Below, piece by piece: positions 36,941-47,215 of a stretch of 64,000 nucleotides of DNA. This stretch comes from Candidatus Omnitrophota bacterium (GTDB lineage: Bacteria; Omnitrophota; Gorgyraeia; Tantalellales; Tantalellaceae), in assembly GCA_014728045.1 (NCBI GenBank), contig WJMH01000012.1, forward strand, positions 63,239 to 127,238. Reading direction: 5' to 3'. Numbering within the stretch: position 1 is the first letter of the stretch; every line of letters begins with the position of its first letter. A model generated the notes under the pieces. That model searched no databases. It saw only the letters and a program-made list of their open reading frames with translations, and was not told the DNA's origin. A program made the translations under genes and the position numbers.

Positions 36941-38226
36941 ACATACTGATGATGACCAATACATACGTGCCCATTGTGGGCGGTATAGAACGGTCAATCG
37001 AGGACTTTTCCTCTGAATACCGGTCCATGGGACATAAGGTTCTCATAGTCGCCCCGAGTTTCAAAAATATGCCTGAAGAGGAAGAGGGGGTCTTTAGGAT
37101 CCCCGCCATACAGAACTTCAACGGAACCGATTTTTCGGTAGAGGTGCCTGTTCCCGGAAGATTGGAAGGTGTGCTTGAGCGGTTCTCTCCTGATATTGTC
37201 CATTCGCACCATCCTTTTCTCGTGGGTGACACGGCCCTGAGGATATCCGCCAATCGCAAGATACCCATAGTTTTTACTCACCACACGCGTTATGAGATGA
37301 ACACACATTATGTGCCCGGTGATTCGGAGGCTCTTAAGAAATTCGTCGTGGAGCTCTCGGTCGGCTATTGCAATCTTTGCGACGAGGTGATAGCGCCCAG
37401 TGAAAGCATAGAAGATCTTTTGAGGGAGCGCGGCGTGGAGACGGAAATAGTTACCATACCAACCGGCATAAAAGTGTCTGAATTCTCCCGAGGTGACGGG
37501 GATGCCTCCAGAAAGAAGCTCGGTATACCGCCTGAAGCCTTCTGTGTCGGATACCTGGGCAGGATAGCCCAGGAGAAGAACATGCTTTATCTGATGGATG
37601 AGGTCGCGCCTTTTCTGAGTGATGAGGCGCGAGCGCATTTTCTGCTCGTGGGTGGCGGGGACCTTGTTGATGAACTGAAGGAGAAGGCTCGCAGCATGGG
37701 TATTTCACAGAGGACGCATTTTGCGGGTTTACTCAAAGGGCAGGATAAGATCGATGCATATCATGCCATGGATGTACTGGTCTTCTCCTCCAAGAGCGAG
37801 ACGCAGGGGTTGGTCCTTGCCGAAGCCATGGCCTCGGGAGTGCCTGTTATAGGGATCGACGCCCCGGGAGTGCGGGAAGTCATAGATTCCGGGAACAACG
37901 GATTTCTGGTGGGGAACGGCGAAAGAGGCTCTTTCGCGGGGAGGCTCAAAGAGTTGCTTGAAATGGATGAGAGAAGCAGGGATTCTTTCCGCAAAGCCGC
38001 TTTTTCAACGGCTGAGAAGTTCGCTTACACGAAAAGCGTCGAAAGGACCCTGGATACATATAAGCGGGCCATAGCGCGTAAACGCCCACGCAGGAATACT
38101 GACCGGAGCACGTGGGCTTCTTCAAAAAGAGCGATACAGAAAGAGATGCAGATAATAACCAACGTGGTCAAATCCGCGGGGGCGATATTCAATCCCAAAA
38201 AGGATGAACATGAAGCCGGAAAGTGA
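36937..38226 (+). CDS. GT4-family glycosyltransferase
   Basis: GT-B fold. 'GGIERSIEDF', C-terminal 'ETQGLVLAEAMASGVPVIG' (E-x7-E region). Confidence 0.75.
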   Translation: MNILMMTNTYVPIVGGIERSIEDFSSEYRSMGHKVLIVAPSFKNMPEEEEGVFRIPAIQNFNGTDFSVEVPVPGRLEGVLERFSPDIVHSHHPFLVGDTALRISANRKIPIVFTHHTRYEMNTHYVPGDSEALKKFVVELSVGYCNLCDEVIAPSESIEDLLRERGVETEIVTIPTGIKVSEFSRGDGDASRKKLGIPPEAFCVGYLGRIAQEKNMLYLMDEVAPFLSDEARAHFLLVGGGDLVDELKEKARSMGISQRTHFAGLLKGQDKIDAYHAMDVLVFSSKSETQGLVLAEAMASGVPVIGIDAPGVREVIDSGNNGFLVGNGERGSFAGRLKELLEMDERSRDSFRKAAFSTAEKFAYTKSVERTLDTYKRAIARKRPRRNTDRSTWASSKRAIQKEMQIITNVVKSAGAIFNPKKDEHEAGK

Positions 38227-39865
38227 CAACGGACAGAAAATACTTAAAGGAAAAAGTATCAGTAAAGGATATTCAACAGGCAGTGCTTTTCTCTACCAGG
38301 ACATTCTTTCAAGGAACCTCCATTATTACAGCATAGAGAAGGAGGATGTCTCCAGGGAGCTCGCCAGGATAAAAGAGGCCTTCGGAAGAGTTCTTGAGGA
38401 CATTGAAAGCCTGGAGAAGAACGTTAAGGACGAGCTTGGCAGGGAACAGGCGGGTATCTTTAAAGCCCACGCTGAGATACTCAAGGACAAGGTTCTGCTC
38501 GAAGACATAGAGAAGGAACTTAAGACCGAACTGGTGAACGCAGAGCACGCCGTAAAGAACGTTTTCCGAAGGTGGGCGAACAAGTTCCGCGCCGCCAAGA
38601 ACGAAATGGTGAAGAGCAAGGCGGAAGATATGGAGGACCTGAGCAGGAAGGTCCTTTGCTCTTTCATGAGATGCGAAGTGAATATCCTGGAGAACATACC
38701 GCCGGGAAGCGTGATAGTGGCCAGGAGGCTACTGCCTTCCGATACGGTCAGGCTAAAAAGAAAGAACGTGAATGGCATAGTGGTCGAACAGGGAAGCCCT
38801 GTTTCCCACAGCGCGATCATAGCCAGATCGCTGGGTATACCCGGGGTCGCCGAGGTAAAGGGTGCTTTGGGGGAGATAAATCGCGGCGATGAACTTATCC
38901 TCGACGGGTATAAAGGTACGGTGATAAAGAACCCAACCGGCAAGGAAAAGACTTTTTACGGGGAAGTGATCGATAAAGAGAAAAAAGTGCAGGAAAAGCT
39001 CATAAAAAAAGCCGGGAATATAGCAAAAACACGCGACGAAAAGCTCATAAAGGTCTATGCTAATATCGCTTCTGTTGAAGATGTCAAGGTGGCGGTGAGC
39101 AGGGGCTGCGACGGTATAGGCCTGTTGAGGATAGAGCAGCTTTACATGTATTCCAAGATACTTCCCGATGAGAAGTATCTGGTCAAGAACCTTTCAAGGA
39201 TACTTAAACCCGCAGAAAATAAGCTCGTCACTCTGAGACTTCTGGATATAGGCGCTGATAAGCAGCTGCCATATATCGACATAGAGGATGAGCCCAGCCC
39301 AGTACTGGGTCTCAGGGGCGTCAGACTGCTTTTAAAGTACAAGAACCTGCTAATGACACAGCTGAAGGCCGCGTATATACTATCCAAGGACCACCAGATA
39401 AGGCTTCTGGTTCCGATAGTCACGTTCCATCAGGAGATAGAAGAGCTCAGGCAGATCGCCACTGAATGCAAGAGGCAGTTGAAGATCCGTTATGGCCTGA
39501 AGCGCAAAGATATCCCCATAGGGGCCATGATAGAGACCCCGGCTGCCGTGGAGAACATAGAAAAGATCGCCGATGTTTCCGATTTTCTGAGCATAGGCAC
39601 CAACGACCTTGTGCAGTACTCGGTGGCGGCGGGGCGGGACAACCCGAACGTGTCGGAGTATTACGAAAAAGGGTCTGACCTTGCAATGAAATACATACAC
39701 AGGGTACGCAGATCAGCGGCGAGGCATGGAATAGAATGCAGCGTCTGCGGGGAGATGGCCAGTGAACTGAAATGGATAAAACCGCTTATCGATGTCGGTA
39801 TCAATGTCCTGAGCGTTTCCCCTTATCTGATACCTTTGATAAAGGACAGTATAAGAAAGATATGA
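38204..39865 (+). CDS. PEP-utilising enzyme, Enzyme I (PtsI)-like paralog without GAF domain
   Basis: N-terminal '[16 protein letters not shown]', phospho-His region '[19 protein letters not shown]', '[11 protein letters not shown]', 'CGEMA'. Architecture matches EI; overlaps the GT4 stop. Confidence 0.7.
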   Translation: MNMKPESDNGQKILKGKSISKGYSTGSAFLYQDILSRNLHYYSIEKEDVSRELARIKEAFGRVLEDIESLEKNVKDELGREQAGIFKAHAEILKDKVLLEDIEKELKTELVNAEHAVKNVFRRWANKFRAAKNEMVKSKAEDMEDLSRKVLCSFMRCEVNILENIPPGSVIVARRLLPSDTVRLKRKNVNGIVVEQGSPVSHSAIIARSLGIPGVAEVKGALGEINRGDELILDGYKGTVIKNPTGKEKTFYGEVIDKEKKVQEKLIKKAGNIAKTRDEKLIKVYANIASVEDVKVAVSRGCDGIGLLRIEQLYMYSKILPDEKYLVKNLSRILKPAENKLVTLRLLDIGADKQLPYIDIEDEPSPVLGLRGVRLLLKYKNLLMTQLKAAYILSKDHQIRLLVPIVTFHQEIEELRQIATECKRQLKIRYGLKRKDIPIGAMIETPAAVENIEKIADVSDFLSIGTNDLVQYSVAAGRDNPNVSEYYEKGSDLAMKYIHRVRRSAARHGIECSVCGEMASELKWIKPLIDVGINVLSVSPYLIPLIKDSIRKI

Positions 39866-39908
39866 AGACCCTGCTATTAGCGGGAACCGCGAAGAATATG
39901 GAGGCCGG

Positions 39909-40997
39909 ATGAATAGAAGCGCTGTTCGGGTGACGATCGGCATCCTGGGGGTGATCGCTCTTGTCGCCTTTTTTAACGGACGCCGGACCAATACCGCAAC
40001 AGGTGGAAGGAGAGGGATTAATATGGATAAAGCGACTTTTGCCGGAGGATGTTTCTGGTGTATGGAGCCCGCCTTCGAACAGCTGGACGGGGTCTCTGAG
40101 GTGATCGCCGGCTATACAGGCGGCAGAGTGAAGGATCCCACTTATGAAGAGGTTTCCGGAGGGGACACCGGCCATTACGAGGCGGTACAGGTTATTTACG
40201 ATCCTTCGAGAGTTTCATACCGGCAGCTGCTCGATGTGTTCTGGAAACAGATAGATCCGACCGATACCGGCGGACAGTTCGCCGACAGGGGAGCGCAGTA
40301 TAAGACCGCCGTTTTTTATCATGATGAGGAGCAGAAGCGCCTTGCCGAAGAGTCCAGAGATGAACTTGAGGCCTCTGGCAAGTTCCAGGAACCTGTCGCC
40401 ACGAAGATAATCGAAGCTTCCGAATTCTATGAAGCCGAGGAATACCACCAGGACTATTACAGGAAGAACCCGCGGGCGTACGGCTCCTACAAGAAAGGGT
40501 CCGGGAGGAAAGATTATCTTGAAGAGAAATGGGGAGGCGAGAAAAAGACCCGGGATTACGAAAAACCCTCGAAGGCTGAACTTAAGGAGAAGCTGACAGC
40601 TCTCCAGTGCAGTGTGACGCAGGAAGGGGCCACTGAAAGGCCTTTCCAGAACGAGTACTGGGACAACAAAAAGCCGGGTATTTACGTGGATGTCGTTTCC
40701 GGAGAGCCGCTTTTCAGTTCCCTCGACAAGTTCGAGTCGGGCACGGGATGGCCGAGTTTTACCAGGCCGCTGGAACCCGGTAACATCGTGGAGGTAGAGG
40801 ATAGAGGCCTTTTGACCGTAAGGACGGAGGTAAGGAGCAGAAAGGCTGATTCTCATCTCGGTCATGTCTTCGAGGACGGTCCCGAGCCCACAGGTCTGAG
40901 GTACTGCATAAATTCGGCAGCACTCAGGTTCATCCCCAAGGAGGACTTGGAAAAAGAGGGCTACGGAGAATACAAGGAGCTGTTCGATCAGAAATGA
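39909..40997 (+). CDS. msrAB: membrane-anchored bifunctional methionine sulfoxide reductase MsrA-MsrB
   Basis: N-terminal TM, MsrA '[10 protein letters not shown]', MsrB 'GWPSF' and '[10 protein letters not shown]'. Confidence 0.85.
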   Translation: MNRSAVRVTIGILGVIALVAFFNGRRTNTATGGRRGINMDKATFAGGCFWCMEPAFEQLDGVSEVIAGYTGGRVKDPTYEEVSGGDTGHYEAVQVIYDPSRVSYRQLLDVFWKQIDPTDTGGQFADRGAQYKTAVFYHDEEQKRLAEESRDELEASGKFQEPVATKIIEASEFYEAEEYHQDYYRKNPRAYGSYKKGSGRKDYLEEKWGGEKKTRDYEKPSKAELKEKLTALQCSVTQEGATERPFQNEYWDNKKPGIYVDVVSGEPLFSSLDKFESGTGWPSFTRPLEPGNIVEVEDRGLLTVRTEVRSRKADSHLGHVFEDGPEPTGLRYCINSAALRFIPKEDLEKEGYGEYKELFDQK

Positions 40998-41308
40998 AGA
41001 AATGCCCCCGATGCAAGAGGACCTATGACGCTTCTTGGGATGTTTGCCTGTACTGCCGCGAGGAACTCGCTCCGGCGGAAGAGATAGCGGGCGAATATTA
41101 TCTGGGCGACCTGGTCTCGCCCAGAGACAGGTTCCTCATCGTCATGTATTCGCTTTTACTCATCCTGATGACGCCACTATTGATCCTGCTCATCTATATA
41201 ACCTATTTCAGTAATCTGGAACTGGGTTTCCGCAAGAGCGAGGAGGGCCAGCTCCGCCAGGCCATTTATTTCGAGGAAGAGGAGGAGAAAAAGAAGGCAG
41301 ATAAGTGA
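40994..41308 (+). CDS. small zinc-ribbon plus TM protein, unknown
   Basis: '[18 protein letters not shown]', followed by a hydrophobic helix and an acidic tail. Confidence 0.35.
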   Translation: MKKCPRCKRTYDASWDVCLYCREELAPAEEIAGEYYLGDLVSPRDRFLIVMYSLLLILMTPLLILLIYITYFSNLELGFRKSEEGQLRQAIYFEEEEEKKKADK

Positions 41309-41390
41309 GGCGGCCTGAAATGGACTTCACGGCCATCAGGCGCGCAGTTTGTTCTTTATCCTTTAGCATTTATACATTATAATATCAACC

Positions 41391-42194
41391 ATGACTTCAA
41401 CCAGAAATAGACCCATAGGCATATTCGATTCCGGTATAGGCGGTCTTACGGTCGTAAGGAGCGTCAGAAGATACCTGCCGGATGAGGATATCGTATATTT
41501 CGGGGATACCGCACGTGTGCCTTACGGTAATAAATCTAAATCGACGGTTATACGCTTCTCCCGTGAAGTAATGGATTTTATGATCTCTAAAAAGGTCAAA
41601 ATGGTGATAGTCGCGTGCAACACCGCATCCAGTCTCAGTCTGGCCTCGCTGAAGAGGAATTACAAGATACCTGTCATCGGTGTTATCACCCCCGGTGCGG
41701 AAGAGGCTATCAAGTTTTCCAGTAACAGGAGGATCGGGGTAATAGGTACCAACTCGACCGTTGCCAGCGGAGCCTATCAGAAGGCCATAAACAAGATAGA
41801 CCGCAGATACAAGGTCTTCAGCAAGAGCTGTCCTCTTTTCGTGCCGCTGGTGGAGAACAGGTTCTTTGCTGACCCCATTACCCGGCACGTGGCGCGCCTT
41901 TATCTGAACGGCCTTAAGAAGAAGAACATCAGCTCTCTAATACTGGGATGTACGCATTATCCGCTGCTTAAAGGTATTATCGGGCAGGTCATGGGCGAAG
42001 TAAAACTGGTAGATTCATCTATAGCCGTGGCCAAGTACGCCAAAAGATCCCTTAAACAGAACGATCTCCGTCCGCAAAGGCGCCGCCGGAAAGGCAAAGC
42101 CAGATTCTACGTCAGCGACGACCCGGAAGGGTTCAAAAGGTCCGCTGGCATATTCCTTAGAAAAAGCATAAAGGTGAGCAAGGTAACCATATGA
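41391..42194 (+). CDS. murI: glutamate racemase
   Basis: 'IGIFDSGIGGLTV', 'VVACNTAS', 'LGCTHYPLL'. Confidence 0.85.
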   Translation: MTSTRNRPIGIFDSGIGGLTVVRSVRRYLPDEDIVYFGDTARVPYGNKSKSTVIRFSREVMDFMISKKVKMVIVACNTASSLSLASLKRNYKIPVIGVITPGAEEAIKFSSNRRIGVIGTNSTVASGAYQKAINKIDRRYKVFSKSCPLFVPLVENRFFADPITRHVARLYLNGLKKKNISSLILGCTHYPLLKGIIGQVMGEVKLVDSSIAVAKYAKRSLKQNDLRPQRRRRKGKARFYVSDDPEGFKRSAGIFLRKSIKVSKVTI

Positions 42195-43039
42195 GCACGA
42201 GGCAAGTGGATGTCGCCAGAGTCTCCGATGCCGTGGAGGAACTGTTCCTCAGGGCCAACACGGTCCTGAGGAAAGACGTGACAAAGGCGTTGAAAGACCT
42301 ATACGAAAAGGAACAGAAGCCTCTTCCGAAAAAGATGCTGGGAGTTCTTCTTGAGAATCGCGACATAGCCGAAAAGAAGAATATACCCATCTGCCAGGAT
42401 ACCGGTGTTGCGGTCGTTTTCTTGAAGGTCGGCAGGAGCGTGGCCTTTACTGGCGGGGAACTTATGGATGCGGTGGATGCGGGTGTCCGCCGTGCATACG
42501 AAAAGGGCGGTCTTCGCAAGTCCGTCGTCGAAGATCCGGTTCTCAGGGGGAATACCGGTACTAATACGCCCGCTTTCGTGCATGCCGAGATCGTTCCCGG
42601 GGACAAGATCGGGATAACGGCCATGCCCAAGGGGTTCGGCAGCGAGAATAAAAGCGTGCTCTGCATGCTAGACCCTACAAGTGGAGAGGATGCCATAACC
42701 GATCTTTGCGTCGAGTCCGTCCGAAGCACCGGTCCTGATGCCTGCCCTCCTTATGTTCTTGGTGTGGGTATAGGCGCTACGGCGGATCTATGCTGTCTTC
42801 TCGCCAAAAAGGCTCTCTTAAGAGATGTTGATTCAAGTAATCCGGCCCAACACCTGGGGCGGCTTGAACAAGCTATCAAGGAGGAAGTGAACCGGCTCGG
42901 GATAGGGGTGATGGGGCTTGGAGGGATTTCAACGGTCATGGGCGTTAATATCGAAGCGGCCCCGACTCATATAGCCGGCCTTCCCGTGGCCATAAACCTG
43001 TCGTGCCATGCACTTCGCAGCGCGGATATGGTCATTTAA
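42191..43039 (+). CDS. class I fumarate hydratase / Fe-S hydro-lyase, alpha (catalytic) subunit
   Basis: 'CQDTGVAVVF' motif and size of the split FumA/TtdA type. Confidence 0.8.
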   Translation: MSTRQVDVARVSDAVEELFLRANTVLRKDVTKALKDLYEKEQKPLPKKMLGVLLENRDIAEKKNIPICQDTGVAVVFLKVGRSVAFTGGELMDAVDAGVRRAYEKGGLRKSVVEDPVLRGNTGTNTPAFVHAEIVPGDKIGITAMPKGFGSENKSVLCMLDPTSGEDAITDLCVESVRSTGPDACPPYVLGVGIGATADLCCLLAKKALLRDVDSSNPAQHLGRLEQAIKEEVNRLGIGVMGLGGISTVMGVNIEAAPTHIAGLPVAINLSCHALRSADMVI

Positions 43040-43048
43040 AAGGGTAAC

Positions 43049-43585
43049 ATGAAAAGAATAAGCGCTCCATTACAGAAAGATCAGATAAAAGACCTGAAGC
43101 CTGGTGAAGAGGTCCTCTTGGCGGGGACGGTTTATACGGCGCGCGACCAGGCGCATAAGCGCATGGCACTTGCTCTGGAGAAGAAAGAGGCCCTGCCGCT
43201 TGAACTTGACGGGCAAGTCATCTTCTACTGCGGGCCAACGCCTCCGGGCGAAAGGGTCATAGGCTCCTGCGGGCCCACCACATCCAGTCGGATGGATCCG
43301 TTCACTCCGGCCATCCTGCGGGCGGGCGTTAAAGGCCTGATAGGAAAGGGGAAGCGTTCCCCTGAAGTCGCAAGAGCCATAAAGGAGAAGGGAGCGGTGT
43401 ATTTTATCGCACCCGGCGGCGCGGGCGCGTACCTCAGCGAGAGAGTGAGGCAGAGCCGTGTGGTCGCTTTCGAAGGCCTGGGGACCGAGGCGATATACAT
43501 GCTCGAGGTGGAGGATTTTCCTCTGGTGGTCGGTATAGACAGCCAGGGAAGGGATATTTACGCGAAGGAAGAAGGGGAACAATGA
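43049..43585 (+). CDS. class I fumarate hydratase / Fe-S hydro-lyase, beta subunit
   Basis: Swivelling beta/beta/alpha domain ('[13 protein letters not shown]', 'GPTTSSRMD'). Adjacent to the alpha subunit gene. Confidence 0.8.
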   Translation: MKRISAPLQKDQIKDLKPGEEVLLAGTVYTARDQAHKRMALALEKKEALPLELDGQVIFYCGPTPPGERVIGSCGPTTSSRMDPFTPAILRAGVKGLIGKGKRSPEVARAIKEKGAVYFIAPGGAGAYLSERVRQSRVVAFEGLGTEAIYMLEVEDFPLVVGIDSQGRDIYAKEEGEQ

Positions 43586-44304
43586 GAAGAGGCGGAAGAA
43601 CAGCGGTAAGTTTAAGAAAGGTCAATGTAGTTACCGATTATATCAAGTATCCGGAAGGTTCCTGTCTTTTTGAGCTGGGCAACACGCGCGTCATCTGCAC
43701 GGCCAGCATCGAGGACGGGGTGCCGTTATTTTTGAGGGGGCAGGGAACCGGATGGATAACCTCCGAATATTCGATGCTGCCAAGGTCCTGCCAGAAGCGG
43801 ATCTCCAGAGAATCCACCAAAGGCAGAAAGAGCGGCAGGACCCACGAGATACAGCGGCTTATAGGCCGTTCCCTGAGGGGAGTGGTGGACCTGGACGCTT
43901 TGGGTGAACGGACCATATGGATGGATTGCGACGTGATACAGGCTGACGGGGGCACGCGGTGCGCCAGCATAACGGGCAGCTTCATAGCTCTCTGCATGGC
44001 GCTGGAGAAGTTAAAAAAGCGCGGTATTTTTGACAGGCTTCCTCTGAGGCATTTCCTTGCGGCGGTGAGCGTGGGTGTTGTGGACGGCAAGAGCCTGCTT
44101 GACCTTGATTATGATGAAGATTCCCGGGCGGAGGTAGACATGAACGTTGTAATGACCGATTCGGGCAAGTTCGTGGAAGTCCAGGGTACCGCCGAAAGGG
44201 AGCCCTTCAGCCAGTCGGTGATGGATGAATTGATGAAACTAGCCAGGAGAGGCGTGAAAAAACTCATCAAAGAACAGAAGTTAGCACTGAAAGGAGTGGT
44301 TTGA
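43582..44304 (+). CDS. rph: ribonuclease PH
   Basis: '[42 protein letters not shown]...' is a full-length RNase PH match. Confidence 0.9.
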   Translation: MRRGGRTAVSLRKVNVVTDYIKYPEGSCLFELGNTRVICTASIEDGVPLFLRGQGTGWITSEYSMLPRSCQKRISRESTKGRKSGRTHEIQRLIGRSLRGVVDLDALGERTIWMDCDVIQADGGTRCASITGSFIALCMALEKLKKRGIFDRLPLRHFLAAVSVGVVDGKSLLDLDYDEDSRAEVDMNVVMTDSGKFVEVQGTAEREPFSQSVMDELMKLARRGVKKLIKEQKLALKGVV

Positions 44305-44915
44305 TGCTGGAGATACTTGTGGCTACGCATAACAAGAACAAAAGGCGCGAGATAAGCGCGCTTCTGAGCGGATATAGAAAGAAGACCAAGGTCAAGAACC
44401 TGGATGACCTTAATACCCAGCCTCCCATGATAGTTGAGAACGGCAAGACGTTCCGCCAGAACGCCGTGAAAAAAGCGGTAACTGTTTCAAAATATTTCAA
44501 CGGTCTGGTGGTTGCGGACGATTCCGGTCTTGAGGTGAACGCCCTGGGCGGTAAACCCGGGGTACGTTCGGCGAGGTTCGCCAGGGCCAAAGCCACCGAT
44601 CTTGAGAATAACCAGAAGCTTTTGAAGCTTCTTGAGAAGATGCCTAAAAAGGATCGCAAGGCCAGGTTCGTATGCAATATCGCGCTTGCCGCAGGTGGCA
44701 TCCTTCTTGAAACTTTTGAAGGTACAATTGACGGCAGGATAGTAAGCAGCCCCAGGGGCGAGAACGGGTTTGGTTACGATCCGCTTTTCGTGCCCGAAGA
44801 CCATGACAAGACCTTCGCTGAGATGGCGCCCGCGTACAAGAACAAGATCAGCCACAGGGGAAGGGCTCTGCGTAAGATGAAGAGAGTGCTCAAAAAATAC
44901 GTGGAGGCGAACTAG
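44301..44915 (+). CDS. rdgB: non-canonical purine NTP pyrophosphatase (RdgB/Ham1)
   Basis: '[10 protein letters not shown]', '[10 protein letters not shown]', 'GYDPLF'. Translationally coupled to rph. Confidence 0.85.
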   Translation: MMLEILVATHNKNKRREISALLSGYRKKTKVKNLDDLNTQPPMIVENGKTFRQNAVKKAVTVSKYFNGLVVADDSGLEVNALGGKPGVRSARFARAKATDLENNQKLLKLLEKMPKKDRKARFVCNIALAAGGILLETFEGTIDGRIVSSPRGENGFGYDPLFVPEDHDKTFAEMAPAYKNKISHRGRALRKMKRVLKKYVEAN

Positions 44916-44918
44916 CCT

Positions 44919-46532
44919 TTATTTGGTCCATCTGGGCTCTTCCAGAGTTCCCGTCAGGCGTGTTTTTCCCAGGAACCTTCCGAAACTCACGATAGCGTTC
45001 CTGAGCGCTGTCGTCCATTCCTGATCCTCTGCGGAAGGGTCGAGGAGGCGGTTCTCGAAAACCAGATCGAGTCTGCCGTCAAAGTCCACGTACCCTTCGC
45101 TGTTTATGGTTATGTCTTCACCGTGAAGGATCAGGTCATCCGTTTCGACGCGGCGGTTCTTTATCCTGAAACTCATTGACGCGCTGTCGATCTTTACCGG
45201 TTTTATGGCCGGGACCACTGCCTGCGCGGCTATATACACGTCTCCGAGTAGGGGGGTGAGTATAGGCATTGGCCCCAGGTCCGCTTCGGAGATCTTCACG
45301 CTGCCACTTCCGGAAAAAGTACTGGTCTCTTTCGCGTATCCGCTCAGTTCAAGCCCCAGATGGAAATTGCCGTAGATGTTCCCCTTATTACCCGTAAGAT
45401 CGCCCATGAGCCTGCCGAAATCCAGATCGTTAAGGCTTATATCCAGCATGAAGGGAAGATCCCTGTCCGCCAGGTCCATCTTAAGGCCCCCGCCCAGAAC
45501 GCCCCCGTAAATCACGCCGTTAATAAGCGGTATATGCAGCCTGCCGCCTGTCACGGTGGGCTTGGCCGAGAGCTCTTTTATGCGGAGCTTGTCTATTTTA
45601 AGGTCCGTAGCCGAGACGGTAGATCGTATCTGCCAATTTTCCGGGAGCATGCCGGTCACTGCCAGGAAAAGGTTGATCCTTACTCGTCCTTTCATGGGAT
45701 GCGCTCTTGCGAACCTGCCGATCTCACCGGGCATTTCCGGGAAGGACTCCAGCTGGGTATTGACCGTTCCGTTAACGGAAAGCCTGAAATTCTCACCGAG
45801 AAGGTCAAGAGCTTCTCCCTTAAGGTCGAAGCGAAGGGTGTAGAACATGCCCCTGAACTCTTCTATCAGAAGATCCGTCCGGTTCACCACCAATCGAGAA
45901 GTGAAACCGAGGTTACGCGACCGCACGGAAAGATCATAGGCAGACCTTTCTTTCTCTTTTCGAGTGAAATCCGCCAGGTATTCGGTGTCTTTGCATTCAA
46001 AGTGCAGCTTTCCGCTGGTTATGGTCCCCCGATCCATTTCAAGGATACCGAAGATGTCCCGTAAGGTAAGCTCGGTGTTGCCGGCAACTGCTTCCAGTAT
46101 CGAGACAGACTCTATAAGATCGGTATCCGCCGCTTCGGCGTAAGTGGCCGCCTTTCGCGAAAGCGTGCGGAGGGTGAAGTTGGTTATGAGGTCCGTGGAA
46201 TGAAACCCCTCGACCACCAGCGTGGTCTTAAGGCGTTTCTCCCGTAATAGTTTCAGCATATCGACGGTTATCGTGACGCTGTTGATGTCCGCCAGAGTAT
46301 CCTCCGCCTCGTTCACTCCGGATATGGCAACGTGATCCAGAATGACGGATTGGAAGGGGAGGTAACGCACCGAACCTATGCGAACAGGCCTGTTAAGTGC
46401 CTCGGACATAAACCGGGTAGCCTCAAGGCGTATCCTCCTGTGGATATCCTCTTTGTTCACCGAATACACCGTGACCAGAGTTATGGCCGTAAGGAGGATT
46501 AATAATAAAAGGATTTTCAAGAAAGTTCTCAT
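44919..46532 (-). CDS. AsmA-family (outer-membrane assembly) protein, tentative
   Basis: N-terminal anchor 'MRTFLKILLLLILLTAITLV', a long beta-rich periplasmic region, C-terminal '...LTGTLEEPRWTK' typical of AsmA/TamB-like tails. Confidence 0.4.
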   Translation of the reverse strand: MRTFLKILLLLILLTAITLVTVYSVNKEDIHRRIRLEATRFMSEALNRPVRIGSVRYLPFQSVILDHVAISGVNEAEDTLADINSVTITVDMLKLLREKRLKTTLVVEGFHSTDLITNFTLRTLSRKAATYAEAADTDLIESVSILEAVAGNTELTLRDIFGILEMDRGTITSGKLHFECKDTEYLADFTRKEKERSAYDLSVRSRNLGFTSRLVVNRTDLLIEEFRGMFYTLRFDLKGEALDLLGENFRLSVNGTVNTQLESFPEMPGEIGRFARAHPMKGRVRINLFLAVTGMLPENWQIRSTVSATDLKIDKLRIKELSAKPTVTGGRLHIPLINGVIYGGVLGGGLKMDLADRDLPFMLDISLNDLDFGRLMGDLTGNKGNIYGNFHLGLELSGYAKETSTFSGSGSVKISEADLGPMPILTPLLGDVYIAAQAVVPAIKPVKIDSASMSFRIKNRRVETDDLILHGEDITINSEGYVDFDGRLDLVFENRLLDPSAEDQEWTTALRNAIVSFGRFLGKTRLTGTLEEPRWTK

Positions 46533-46593
46533 GACGGAGTAAGTATAACACAGTCAAGACCCGGCGGGCAAGTGGGCGCCAGGCCGGATAAAG

Positions 46594-46622
46594 TAAAAAA
46601 CCCGGCAAAGCCGGGTTTTTTA
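46594..46622 (-). terminator. intrinsic terminator after the minus-strand tRNA cluster (bidirectional hairpin)
   Basis: A6-CCCGGCAAAGCCGGG-T6. Confidence 0.7.
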
Positions 46623-46627
46623 CTGAA

Positions 46628-46704
46628 CTGGCACGCCCGACAGGATTCGAACCTGTGACCCTCTGCTTAGAAGGCAGATGCTCTATCCGGCTGAGCTACG
46701 GGCG
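46628..46704 (-). tRNA. tRNA-Arg (anticodon TCT)
   Basis: Cloverleaf in the reverse complement: anticodon loop CTTCTAA, T-loop TTCGAAT, encoded CCA. Confidence 0.85.
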
Positions 46705-46733
46705 CAATCGGTTAAATAACATATTGACTAATT

Positions 46734-46817
46734 CTGGTGCGGATGGAGGGACTCGAACCCCCACGGTAAAACCACTGGCTCCTAAGGCCAGCGCGTCTGC
46801 CAGTTCCGCCACATCCG
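46734..46817 (-). tRNA. tRNA-Leu (anticodon TAG)
   Basis: Anticodon loop CTTAGGA, long variable arm, TTCGAGT T-loop, CCA. Confidence 0.85.
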
Positions 46818-46827
46818 CTGATATCAT

Positions 46828-46906
46828 AATGGTCGGGAAGGTGGGATTCGAACCCACGACCCCCTGCTCCCAAAGCAGGTACGCTAGCCAAACTGCGCCA
46901 CTTCCC
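46828..46906 (-). tRNA. tRNA-Pro (anticodon TGG)
   Basis: Acceptor CGGGAAG/CTTCCCG, anticodon loop TTTGGGA, CCA. Confidence 0.85.
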
Positions 46907-47002
46907 GTTTGTAACCATATATAGCTCTAAGCACTTGCATTGATGAACAAGATTTATAATTATAACAACGTGATTTTTATAAGTCAACTCGCATTTTTTT
47001 AA

Positions 47003-47031
47003 TTGACTTAAGGCTTTCGAGCACATAGAAT
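47003..47031 (+). promoter_or_regulatory. sigma70-like promoter (TTGACT-N17-TAGAAT) for tRNA-His
   Basis: Hexamers at 47003-47008 and 47026-47031. The tRNA starts about 25 nt downstream. Confidence 0.35.
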
Positions 47032-47056
47032 AAGGATTCGTCTAGGTTATTCTTGT

Positions 47057-47133
47057 GGTGGGCGTAGCTCAGTTGGTAGAGCGCCTGACTGTGGCTCAGG
47101 TTGTCGTGGGTTCAAATCCCATCGCTCACCCCA
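47057..47133 (+). tRNA. tRNA-His (anticodon GTG), with G-1
   Basis: Extra 5' G, anticodon loop CTGTGGC, TTCAAAT T-loop, CCA. Confidence 0.85.
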
Positions 47134-47142
47134 TCTTAACGG

Positions 47143-47172
47143 AAAAGCCGGTCCTTCGGGCCGGCTTTTTTC
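47143..47172 (+). terminator. intrinsic terminator after tRNA-His
   Basis: AAGCCGG-TCCTTCGGG-CCGGCTT followed by T6. Confidence 0.75.
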
Positions 47173-47215
47173 GTTAATCCTTTCAAATACATATGTTCTA
47201 GGGTATAATACCGGC

